Shown here piece by piece: positions 52,654-64,000 of a DNA stretch of 64,000 nt. The notes under the pieces are model-generated. The model was not told where the DNA came from. It did not search any database and saw only the letters and a list, made by a program, of their open reading frames with translations. Positions within the stretch are counted from its first letter, which is position 1, and every line of letters starts with the position of its first letter. Made by a program: the position numbers and the translations under genes. This stretch comes from Pelomyxa schiedti (Eukaryota; Protista; Evosea): contig JAHLWZ010000123.1 of NCBI GenBank assembly GCA_020536535.1, forward strand, positions 71,638-135,637, given 5' to 3'.

Positions 52654-54181
52654 ATGCACACGTTCGGGGGACCTTCTATGCCTTCATTTGGTGGTGGTGG
52701 GAGTGGCTACGGTGGCACGTTTGGTGGCGGCGGTAGTGGTCGCTTTTTCGGCCTGGGCACTTTTGGTGGCGGCGCCTTTTCCACCTCCAACACCGTAATC
52801 AGTGTACCTAAGCGATTCGGCCACGGTAAAAATCTCTTTACTCCTTTTATTATTTTATTATTATTTGTATTTATTGTGGTAGATGTTATGTATCACGTTT
52901 GTAGGGGAGGTTTTTTTCATTTTTCTTCTTCTTAGCTTGTGCAAGTTTCTTAAACGGTTTTAACGTGTAGGAGCACAGTCTGATAAGCGGTTACCATCTC
53001 TTCCAGTGCTTAACCAGCCAGTGGATTTCAAGCGATCAGTGGAAACGAATCGCAATAACACGTGGCACTCCCGACTTGAAGTAGTTGCATGTATGTCCCA
53101 TCCTCGTTTGGCACACAAATCGACAACTGGACGCCTGCTATCCCCTTCGATTCTCTCAAGAGTTGCGGATTATGTGTGCCCGACTTTTCAAAGAATCGTA
53201 TCTACTGGTTACAACAACCCGGTAAGGGTCTGGTCCAAAAGTGGCTCCACTCCTGATGGAAGCCGAGGCACAAGGGGGCATGACCATTCAAGTGGAACCT
53301 CTCCTTCTAGTGTGTGCACCATGCAAATAGAGCCAAGTGGTGAAGCCATGTCACTTGCGTCACTGCAGCACGGCTCACTCCTAATTGCTGTAGGTGACTT
53401 CCTCTCGGTTTGGGATGCCTCTACCGGCGCATTACGACTCTCTAACACTGAATTACGTGCGTTTGGAGGGCAGAGGCTACGATGTGTTGATACCTCCGAT
53501 AGAGATGGTCAGGGGCAGGGTGGAAATGGCCTTACAGTTACTGGCGGCAAAGATGTCCGCGTTTGGGATATGAATACCGGCTTATGTGTACGCGTTTTGG
53601 CTGAGCATACTGACGCTATCAACAGTGTGCGGGTGTTACGCAGTAATTCTACCGCGTCCGCACTTGTACTCAGTTCGTCATCAGACAAGACAGTAAAATT
53701 GTGGGACACGCGAGCTTCTACACACCACAGTGCACGCACCTTTATTGGTCATGTGGAACCTGTTCTCTGTTGTGATGCAACAATTACCGGATGTGATGGT
53801 CCGGACGCCGGTATTGTAGTGAGTGGTGGAGAGGACGAGATACTCCGCGTATGGGACCTCGGAACAGCACAGGCCCTAACTTCTCTTCCTGGCCACAATG
53901 GCTACATTCGAACTGTGCGTATTTTACCAGACATGCGATATATTGCCAGTGCTGGGGGTGATGCCTGTGTGAGAATATGGGAGACCTACGACTGGAAGCC
54001 CAAGTTCGTACTGGAGGGTCACTCACAAACCGTGATGTGCATGAGGACGGCACAAGGAGGGGAGGTACTGGTGACAGGCTCATTTGATGAGACAATCAGG
54101 GTGTGGAATCTTGTGAGCCGGAAGTGCGTGAGGTTGTTGTTCAACGGAAGTGTGGCAACTTCAGTACAGTTGTTGTACTAA
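52654..54181 (+). CDS. WD40 repeat protein with Gly/Phe-rich N-terminus and F-box-like segment
   Basis: Repeats HTDAINSV..SSSSDKTVKLWD, GHVEPV..SGGEDEILRVWD, GHNGYI..GGDACVRIWE, GHSQTV..TGSFDETIRVWN. The first exon is joined by an inferred intron. Confidence 0.85.
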
Positions 54182-54243
54182 CTACTGAGGGAAAGAAATG
54201 TCCATAAGGCAACAAGGAATCATTTTTACGCTTTCTTTTTTTT

Positions 54244-56077
54244 TCAATCAAGCACATTTGTCTGCTTTGGTATTTGTCCACAAGGGATGGTTGTCTCCAA
54301 AACTCCCTTTTTTACCAACTGCGCCCGAAGGTAACTAGAGGGATGGTAAGCAAAAGTGATTGACTGTGAGCTCAGTACCTATCCCATCTTGCAAGTAAAG
54401 TCCCATTTCCAAGGGGCAAGGTAACATTACTTGGGGATGAGCCATGCAAAAAGTGAATGATAAGTGCACCTCCCTTCACAGGGACTCTTCCGCGGATCGC
54501 TCTGGTGGCATTGAGTTGCCGACCTTTATTAAAAAAGAAGGGCATTCATACCCAGCACCATAGGTGACCACCAATCCAGATGTAGGCATTGTGTGTAATT
54601 TTGGTGGTGGTTTGCCGGTATCGGTAATAAAATTCGTAAACACATTGGTTAAAAGACCAGGGCCCGCACATCCCTTGCAATTCTTGTTCCAGTAGGTTGA
54701 AAATCTAGCCATTTTATTGGTTTCATGGAGTGAGGATACAACAAAAAGGAGAGGTACTACTGCTCGAGGCATCGTCGTATGTAAGGATTTTGAGGACGAA
54801 AGTTGAAAAGAGCACCATTGTGCGGCATAAAGAAAGTTTCGGCATCAACTATGCAGTTTAGTTGTGCTTTTGTTGCATTGAACATACGTGCTGTTTTGTC
54901 GGGTAAACAGTCTTGAAAGCGTTGTGGTACACAAGTCATACGATATCTTCCAGGACACCCATTATGCTCACTGCGTGCCACAACATTTGTCACCATGGGA
55001 AACTCGCGGGTGATAACAAAATCGAAATCCAGATAGGAGCCACCATAGATATACAACCAAGCTAAGCGAAGGAAGTCACTTATATGATGCATTGCCCAGG
55101 TTCCAGGTTTAGCAGTATAATTTTGCGAGGGGGGTGGTTCTTCATATTCACTAAGGTGATTCCTTAACCAGCTTGCACCAGGCAGCCCTTCCGCATAAGC
55201 AATGTCACTCAAACTGTACCTTTCAACAATGATGGTTGCCTACACCTAGATTTACAATGCAAAGACAATGCTACGAAAAACCTTTTGAATTTCACTAAAG
55301 AAATCCAGAGGTAGAGTGTTGGAATGTATTACTATCGGCCTATGTCAGGTAAGCTACTTAAGGAGTTGGTATGGACTACCTCTGAGGCATGTAGTGCAGA
55401 AGTGACAGTAACGGAAGTAACATAATGCACTTTGGGGGAACAAGACCCTTTCGAGTTTCCCAGAAAAAGTGTACTACCATTGGCACTCCGCCGCTAACGC
55501 CGTCATCGTCCACCTTGTCTCCTTGTAACTGCTCATTCTCAGGGGTCTTTTCTCCACTTGAAGGATATTGAAAACGGAAGTAAGTTGGAGTGTCTGGGTG
55601 AGCATTGTATGGGCCCCAGTATTCATAGTCATATACGTCCTCATCCTCAGGGAGTAGGGTGTAACATTCATGAGTGTAGTTGGTTGCATTGCTTGCGTTC
55701 ACTTTTGGAAGGCTGACTGATGTCGAGTTTAGTGTTACGGTGCCTAAATTCTTTTGATCTGCCGGCTTGACGGCAGGGGTGTCCGTCTTTCCAATTGAAT
55801 TGGATTTGTATTCAGAGGTAGCAACAGTTGGGTGTCTGCCAGAATCTTTGACCTCGCTCGAACGCGCCAAGCCATCGCTGCTGTCGCGAAACTCCACCTT
55901 GTCGTAGACGGGGACAGGCGAGTGATATTCCAGCGGGGTCACAACTACCTCCACGATGGGAGGGAGCGTCAGAGGTGGCGGTGGCAGATCCACGTTGTTG
56001 AGTGCGAACAGAATCACCGATGTGAAAGTCACGCTGACGATGAAAACAGCCCATAGTCGCAGCCGGTAACGCGCCAT
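54244..56077 (-). CDS. Type II membrane glycosyltransferase family 32 (DxD; alpha-1,4-Gal/GlcNAc transferase-like)
   Basis: N-terminal TM (LWAVFIVSVTFTSVILFAL), VPMVVHFFW, ISDFLRLAWLYIYGGSYLDFDF, GPGLLT. Confidence 0.88.
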
Positions 56078-56324
56078 CGAGATCAAAGCACTTCAAGATC
56101 CTGCTGAAGGCTTCTTCAACAACAAACTACGAACACGGCACGTCGCACGGCGGTATGTGTATATACGGCGATTTTTTTTTTTTCAAAAAATGAGGTGACT
56201 CGCCACAAGCAGGGGAATCAATTATCGGTGATCGCAATTATGCCGAAAAAATACGAGATCTCGTAGTGACTCAGAAAAAACAAACAAAAAATCATAAATA
56301 ATCCCCTGTGTTGCACACGTGGTC

Positions 56325-59300
56325 ATGTTGTCACGCGTGGTGGCTGAGGTAGTGTCGCGGTGTGTGGGACCGTATGTGATGGGTGGAATGACGGCAGATC
56401 AGATCAAAGTCGGCCTGTGGAGTGGCGAGGCTGAACTGGGGCCGCTCGAACTAAACCCCGAGGCTGAGATCCCTGGATTGAACTCATTTGTTGTTGTGAA
56501 AAAAGGTTGGCAAACCCTCCTGGGCTATTGCTGCCATGATAGGGAGCGACTTGCTGTTTGTTGCAGTTTTTCTTCACTCAGTGTTGTAATTGAGCCGCTT
56601 GACAGGCTCCATTGGAAGATTGTCTGTGAAAGTTCCATGGGATAACCTCAGAACACAACCTGTGGTCATTGTACTGGACAATGTCTTTCTGCTGGCTTCA
56701 CCACGAATTGTACTTGCTCTATGTCTTGCTGTTTAGGTGACTTTTTTATTTTCGGGACTTAGGTGGATCCAGCACAAGAAGCGGCACAACAGTACCAAAA
56801 GAAACTCTCTGATATTCAGTGGGCTTGGGAGTCAGCAATTGGTTCCAACAAGAAAAGTCTCTATCTTTCCTTGTGGTCTCTTTCTGAACACACCTTACAG
56901 CTTGGTCTGAATCATTAATCGGCCGTGTTGGCTCTGAGATCCTTGACAACATCCAGATGTCTTTGAGCCATATACATATGATGTGAGCTTCAATCTTCCG
57001 TCACTTTTTCTTTACCTTCGATGAGATATGAGGATTCTTCTCCTGGCTCATCACAAGCTTGCGGACTTACACTTGAACAAATGACAGTCCAAAGTGTTTC
57101 AGCAGAAACGTGTTCCAGTTCACTCTTTTGTAAAGTTGATACCCCAGCAATTTTTTATCCAACCTGAGACATTCATGTAGGAAATTAATATCACAAATAT
57201 TGGGTTATATGTTCGTCCAATATTCGAATGTGCCAATGTACGAAATTCTTTTTTTCCCCTCCAAAAAGTTCCTATTCTGTGTTCAGGATATTCCCCCAGA
57301 CCCCCCAGACCGCATGGATGCCCACATACCCAAAGCCACTTTAAAGGTGCACCAACCAACCTTATTGATATCTTTTGGTAACATGACATAAGATAAATTC
57401 GGGAAATATTCACAGCCCATCATACGCTTCTTTTACTCTCAATCTTCTCGTGGAGGCTTTGACGATTACTGCACAACCCTCAAATTTATTTGTTCTCTAT
57501 AATCTAATAAATCGTAATTTGGCAGCAAGGACAATCCCTACTGCAGTAAGTTTTTTCTCAAAACAAAAGCCTTACCAATAATTCATAACATATTACAGCA
57601 TTATATCTTCCGCCCCACATGCCCTGTTTCTACAAATCCACAACTTTGGTGGCAATATGCAAGTATAGACCCCTTGTTTCTACAGTGAAAGTAATGAAAG
57701 CAGTCAAGTCTGTTTCTTCACAGTTACAAAGACGATGGCATCTGGGTAAACATTTTTGGAAGCACAGACATCACCTTCGTGAGGAATATATAAAAAATTT
57801 CTTCTCATCTGATCCAAATGTACTTCCACATGTATAAATATGTTTTACTCAGTACAACTGACTAGGACCAGAAACAAGTGGCAGAAGCCGAAAAAACCCT
57901 TTCTGTAAATGAAATCATTTAGTCAGTTTCTTTATTCACCCCACCACTCATCACTCTTCTCTAACATTCCTCCCTTTGGAAAAAATCCTAGTTTTCGCCT
58001 GTCAGCAATGAAAAAAAGGTATCCAGGAGCAAAGAATATTCCACAATCATGGCTGTCATGGATGTGGCCATTGTCTTCCACTGAAACTCTACCAGTAGGA
58101 AGCACATCTCATTCTTCTTTCCAACAAGTGTTCAGGCAGAAAATCCCTTCTTGGAGCCACTGACTCAAGAACAGAATAATGCACTTGTAAAGTTTGTTGA
58201 GAGCAGTCCGAATCACAATTGGGACTCCATATCTAAATTAGTATAGATTTTTCTGAGATTTTCTCAGCCAAATTAATGCTCTATACCAGGAGGAAATTTG
58301 TATTAGTGTGACTGTGGGGTGCACACAACTTGACTTGTTATCTTCTCAAGGGGAAATCCTTGCAGAATTACAAGCAGATTCCCCTAAGTTATCTCTCTCA
58401 ATAAGCTCTTTATCCTCAGAGGTAAGAAGGTCAACTATCTTGTAGCAACCCAAAGCAATTTAAAGGCACACCTAACAGTAAGAAGTATTCACATCACAAG
58501 TAGTCATACTACTTTGTTTTCCTCTCTGAATACATCCGATAGTGATGCCATCGATATTGCCATGAGTTCACTATCCTCTTGTGATTATTCCTTGAACTCA
58601 TCTTTGTTAGGGATTTTGCTGCCTGAACCTCGAGAATGTACTCTGAAGTGTAACATACAATCTTTTGAAATTACTTACAATGAACTCTTCTATCAACCAA
58701 TTGGTAGTCATACTTCATTTTACACCAACAGAATTCTCATATTTCAGTTAGAGAAATATTAATGACTTGCGAAAAGTATATGGGCAGTTCTTGTGCCCCA
58801 CTCCTAGTGGCAAAGACCAGCTCTGATCTTAAACTTAATATTTGCATTTCTATCCATGTTTGGTTCTTCAAATAAAGAAATATCACTAATTCACGAAGCG
58901 AGGCCTTTTCCTTGCCTCACTTGGTGATCACCATGCATTACTGTTAGCGTTTTCTTTGGTGAATGCAAACTGGTAATTTTCCCCAAGTTTTAAGTGGAAC
59001 TGACTTTCTCAGGTCGAACACAAAGGTAAAGGTTCAATGTTCTGACCTGCAACTGAAAGCCTCTGGAGTTCAACTGAGTTATAAAGATAATGACCTACCT
59101 GATATTTATAGTATCATGCAACCTCTTGATTGTTTTGTCAGATCATCTGAACCCAATAGGTACTATTTCTGCTGTTGGATTTCCTCCTCATATCATGTAG
59201 GGTTGTCTGTTCAGTATCACCAGTGGTTGTTGTTCTTCATGAGGAAGCAATAAAGCTCCTACAAATGATTCCGCCTACTATTGAGTCTTTTACTTCTTTG

Positions 59301-62300
59301 GTGGGTGGTTCTTCCAAAAAAAAAAAAAAAATCCAGCAAAGCAATTGATTTGTTTGTTCAGATTGGAACGCCCAATGGTGGTCCCTCAGGAGAGGTACAC
59401 AAGCAAGAGATTCTTATAGGTTTTGAATCCTTATTTGTGACTGTACACATACCCTTTTCCACTTCTGAAAAAGTTGTAAGTTGAATGCCAAAAAAAAAAA
59501 AAAGACTAACAACCAAAAAATCAAGGTGCATTTCTCTACACGTGATCTCTTTTTACGTCTGATCTCTGAGTGTCTCCTTACCATTAAAACTGAATTCCGA
59601 GAGAAGTTAATTTTGGAACAGGAAGATAGTCCGTCAGAAAGACATTTTTATGTAGAAGCAACTGATTTGCAACAAGCAGACCTTATTTTCCAAGATCATA
59701 AGGTTGTTCCAATTCTTTTTTTTCCCTTTTAACCTGATAGTATAGGCCCAAATATATCTGACTTTCGGAGAAATCTATGGATACATTTCACACTATCTTG
59801 TACATCAACTTCTTTCCCAGTTGCTTCCAAGGCAAGTTTACTCATCTTGGTGGGAAGACTCACTCAAAATTAGTGGAAATACCTCAAATACATTTCCACC
59901 TCAAATTCCTTTCGAAGTTGAGATACTAATTCAAGTGATCCTACTCAAAATGGATGTCGGCCTCACACAAGATACTGTTGTTCACTCGCAACTGGTTTCT
60001 GTGATGTCTCACACAGCGCTCTCCTCGTTAGAAGTACACTCCCAGGTCCTTTGTGTTCCTATTTTTCCATCGTCTCAATAACTGCAACAGCTGATATTTC
60101 ACGAAATTCAGTTGAGTGACACAAAAAAGACATCCCTCTCTTTTCTTCCTATTTCAGAAGGTGCTGAAGCGGTTGTGGCCAATGTCGTGATATCGCCTGG
60201 AGGGCACAAAATTTCCAGTATGGCCTGTCCTTTTTTCCTCAAGAACTCAAATGCACTTTATCAGAAATAATCTTTGGACTCACCCATGGAAGCTTTGATT
60301 TAGATCTTCTTCTGAGCCTTTCCAATATATTTCAACCATTAATTACAAAGATTCTCCAGCCTTCAAAAAGTAAAACCATCTGAATGAACAACCCCTTCTT
60401 TGACTTAAGCTTGTTTTGGCAGCAAATTTGGATGTCGAAGTTGGCTTCCTGTCACTACAAGTAGAACTCTCCACCCAGTTCCTCTTGCACCCCGTCAGTA
60501 TTTTCATTGATAGTCTCTATCTGCACAGATTACGAAACGTATGTGTACCTACTAGCACTGAAATTACTAACTTCTAGCAGGTGATCGACCAAACTTCAAT
60601 TCTCGTGAACTCCCGGTTGACTGTGGAAGAGGAAATCCTGAGATTTTCGTTATCTCTTAACATCGAAACAAGCAAGAAGATACAAGTACGGTTCTCCCCT
60701 GACTGCAGTGTAAAAAAATGATATTCGAATTAGGCTACCGTTTTCCTTGATGATGTCTTCTCCTCTGTTTCGCTTTTCACATTTATGGATTTAGCACATG
60801 CCTTGCTTAAAATGAGTCTTTTGTTGCCATATCAACTGTCCTCACCTTCCACGAAACCTTTCGTTTTCACTTTATACATTGGAAATATTGACCTGCATTG
60901 TCTTGTTTCACCCAAGTGCGCCACAGTTGTTCTCCAGCGGAGGACTGTTATTCTCCCTTTTATTAACCAACAAAAAATAGGTTAGATAAGGCGTCCACTC
61001 TGAAGGCCACGTCCCACATTAATTCTGTTCTGTTTGTGTGCTCTGCCTCAAGAGTAGTTCACATCTCTCCTTCATTCACTCTAAGTGTCCTTTAGTTCGA
61101 CTTGGAAATTGGCCAACTACTTGCGGGACTGGAGAACCACGATAAAACTGTAATGTGTCTTCATTCATGAATAAGAATTCTCACCTGTTTAGGGGAAGCA
61201 TGACATAGTTCATCTTGAAGTAGTCTTACCCCCTTCCTCCTGCAAACCTGTCTGCATTCCTTCATATATAGTTTGTGCTGTCTTCTGACAAACTTTTCTA
61301 GATTGCTGCTTCTGTAGACCTTGAATCTGGGAAACTGACTGGGATTATATCAAAGTTTTCTTTGTCAATAGATGTTTCAGCTGCCTCAAACTTTGTGTGC
61401 AAACTTCTCTTCTCCTATCTCTCACTTTTCTCAGAGTACAACAAAGCAAATTGAAGCTATTGCCAACTCCTTTCGAAAACATGATGTACTTCAGAGTTTT
61501 TGCACTGTGGAAACTCGACCCAGAGGTGTACAGAATACAGAAATTAACCTTGGATTCCATAATACTCACATCTGCTTCATTAATGGCTCTGACGTTTTCA
61601 ATCTTCAGTGTAGTCACTGGTACCCTCAGCCCTCTTTTTTTTATTTTTGTGCAACTAACACTATTATCAGCTTCTGTAAACACACAAGGTCACTAACTGT
61701 CTCTACTGCCTCTCTACTCGTTGAAAATGCTGCCGTCTCCACAACCTTCAAGAAAAGCATGGACCCCCAGAAAGCCTCTAAACAAACCGTTCCAGACATC
61801 CAAAGAGATACCCAGACTCAACCTCATCACTTTCTCTCTCCTGTAAACATTGCATTCAAATTGAGTCTTCAGCCACATCCTGGTTCAGCCATCGTAATTA
61901 TTGGACCCCTTTTTATCGACCTTTCTTTTCAGGTGACTTACCCTCAAAGTTTACTCAGTACTAAATCCCATGGGATTGAAACTTCAGGAAATTAGAGCGG
62001 GAAATAGCTTCTTTCAAGTTCTTCACTCTCTTATTTCAGATCTTGGCCAAGATAAAAAACCTCAAACAAGCCAGCTGCTCTCTTTACCCAATGCAACCAC
62101 CCCCTTACCATTGCTCTCTCATCGAGTGTTATGCAGGTGCACTTAAAGATACCTTCAATCGTTTCCTCATTAGTAGATGACAATGGAACGCCTTTTTTCC
62201 AACTGAGACTTGTTCCAAGTGACATTCTAGTCACAGAACGTGCTAGAACAGTTTGTTCAAACTAATAATCCATTGAACTAAAAAGTAAATTGTAACATCG

Positions 62301-64000
62301 AATAGCTTGTTATTTCTGATACAAGCCTGAGTCTGAAATATTTCAATTTGCACTGTGCCTTCTGGGAACCGTTCATTGAGCCCTTTCGGTTCTCGTTGAA
62401 AGTATTTCCTCCCTTCCCCAACGTGATTTCTGTAACACCTTAAAAAGGGATCACATTATGGAACCTCTTACCAACTCTCCATTGAGAGCATCGGTGTTCT
62501 CAATGTCAACATTACAAAAGCTTTGATTGAACGTGCCACCCAAAAACAATCAAATGACAATGTCAAGTTTACGCCAATGGAAGTTATCAACACTACAGGG
62601 TCACAGATAGTTTTTAATCTGGGTCATGTGTGGCCATTATACACCTTCCTGTCACACTCAAGAAACAATAGGGTCAGACATCACAATTACATGTGACTCC
62701 AGCAAGCAGGACACCAATACCTCACTGGCCACACCTGATTGGCTCCAAAGTCAGCCATTTAACCATCAATTGCCATTATGCTTAGACCCTTCACAGAAAT
62801 ATCGCGCTTTTTCCCTCGACTTCACTGTTGAGGGTTACAAGCCGTCACGACTTTTCTATGCACCTGGAATGCCCAAGACAGTGCCAATACTATTGGAAGA
62901 GTCTCCCAATAACCGCACTCTACCATTCACTTTGCCTGTTTATATTCATTGTGAGGTATTTTGGAGTGATGTTGATCTTCTGTTGATCCTCACTCTTCAG
63001 GTTCTTGTGGACAAAGGAAGTAGGGTTGTCACAATAAAATCTCCTGTTACCCTGCGAAACTTCATGTCTCTGTCTGTTGAGGTCCATCTTCTAAAATGTC
63101 AGAAGACAGTTTCAATCACATCTCTAGGTATCGTTTTCTTATTGAATTCATTTGTTGTGTCTGGGCTTTCTTCTAACGGTTTCTCTTTACAAGAGTCTGG
63201 CAGAGAAGTGGGGATTCCTTTTGAAGCTCTTATTTCAGAAGGCTATGTTCTGGCCATAAAGGAAGCATCCCAAGAACTTATCACAGTAAAAAAATGCCAG
63301 AAACATTATTCGAGGTAACCAACACAAAGACAATGGTAGACAATCTAGCACGGATACCACTACTTTCTCGCACACTGACTTATAGAAATGTTCTCACCAA
63401 CTTTGTCTTCTGTGCTCAGTTTTCGTTCTCCCCTGGGAAAAAACTGAACGCCAGGTACCATACTGAAAAAAGTAACTCATAACTAACAAGAAGCAGTGCT
63501 CCACAGTGTACCATCACGTTGGTTCCTCCAGTTTCTATTGAAAATTCTCTCTGTGTGGCGTTGACATTTAAAGCATATACTGCGCAAGGAATACTTGCAG
63601 TTGAAACAGTTTTGGACCCTGGGAAAACTCAGGAGCTACATTGCCTTGACGACAACTTTTTCTTTTCCATCTGTATCCCTGGTAAATCTCTTCCACGATG
63701 CGTTTTTTAATAACACTAATTCGTTATAATTGGGGTTTCATCATTATTAGGTTCCACATTTACCATGCCGGCAAGTGTTAACTCCGGAATGACAACTCTG
63801 ACTCTTACCACAAGCAGTGGTTCTTTCCAGACTGCTGTTAATATTGAAACTATGTATCTATACTATACTTTCTTGAGGGGCAAATAGACAGAATGGATCC
63901 AAGTGGTGCTATCTGTACAACTACGAACTCCTTGGAGGAGGGACTGCTGGTATCAGGATGGAACAGTTGCACATACAATCTCCCTAAAGAGCAAGAAAAG
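56325..64000 (+). CDS. VPS13: VPS13 family bridge-like lipid transfer protein, 5' part (continues beyond window)
   Basis: Chorein-N MLSRVVAEVVSRCVGPYV..QIKVGLWSGEAELGPLEL..KG|SIGRLSVKVPWDNLRTQPVVIVLDNVFLLASP. VAB-like SRVVTIKSPVTLRN and PPVSIENSL near the window end. Many short introns. Confidence 0.88.

Overview
Gene-dense eukaryotic (protist) DNA with many short spliceosomal introns (mostly about 25-90 nt, GT-AG), so the supplied ORF track is largely exon fragments and antisense shadows. Gene content and style suggest an amoebozoan, possibly an archamoeba such as Pelomyxa; this is inference, not tested. I reconstructed about 21 genes by eye. They are: a giant ROCO kinase, an RRM protein, a RING/B-box (TRIM-like) protein with an ALK/LTK-type glycine-rich domain, a CUE-like+CAP protein, gluconokinase, a polytopic membrane protein, an IPT-DUF4062-NACHT-TPR STAND protein, an SH3-SH3-glutaminase-fold protein, WDR70, a PfkB kinase, a lipidated CH-domain protein, RPA1, an F-box-like/ParB-like protein, a histidine phosphatase, PIG-T, a membrane-anchored septin-like GTPase with a tandem paralogous coiled-coil/TM protein, YbaK, a WD40 protein, a GT32 glycosyltransferase and a 5' part of VPS13. 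No rRNA, canonical tRNA, CRISPR or transposon is supported. The best leads are: (1) a catalytically dead glutaminase domain fused to two SH3 domains; (2) the septin-coiled-coil-TM gene and its GTPase-less, signal-peptide-bearing tandem paralog; (3) a ROCO protein with a second, pseudo-kinase domain; (4) the TRIM-like/Gly-rich fusion, broken by two dinucleotide-repeat frameshifts; (5) 3' splice sites preceded by poly(A) tracts; (6) very tight same-strand gene packing. Exon boundaries are manual and need RNA-seq confirmation.
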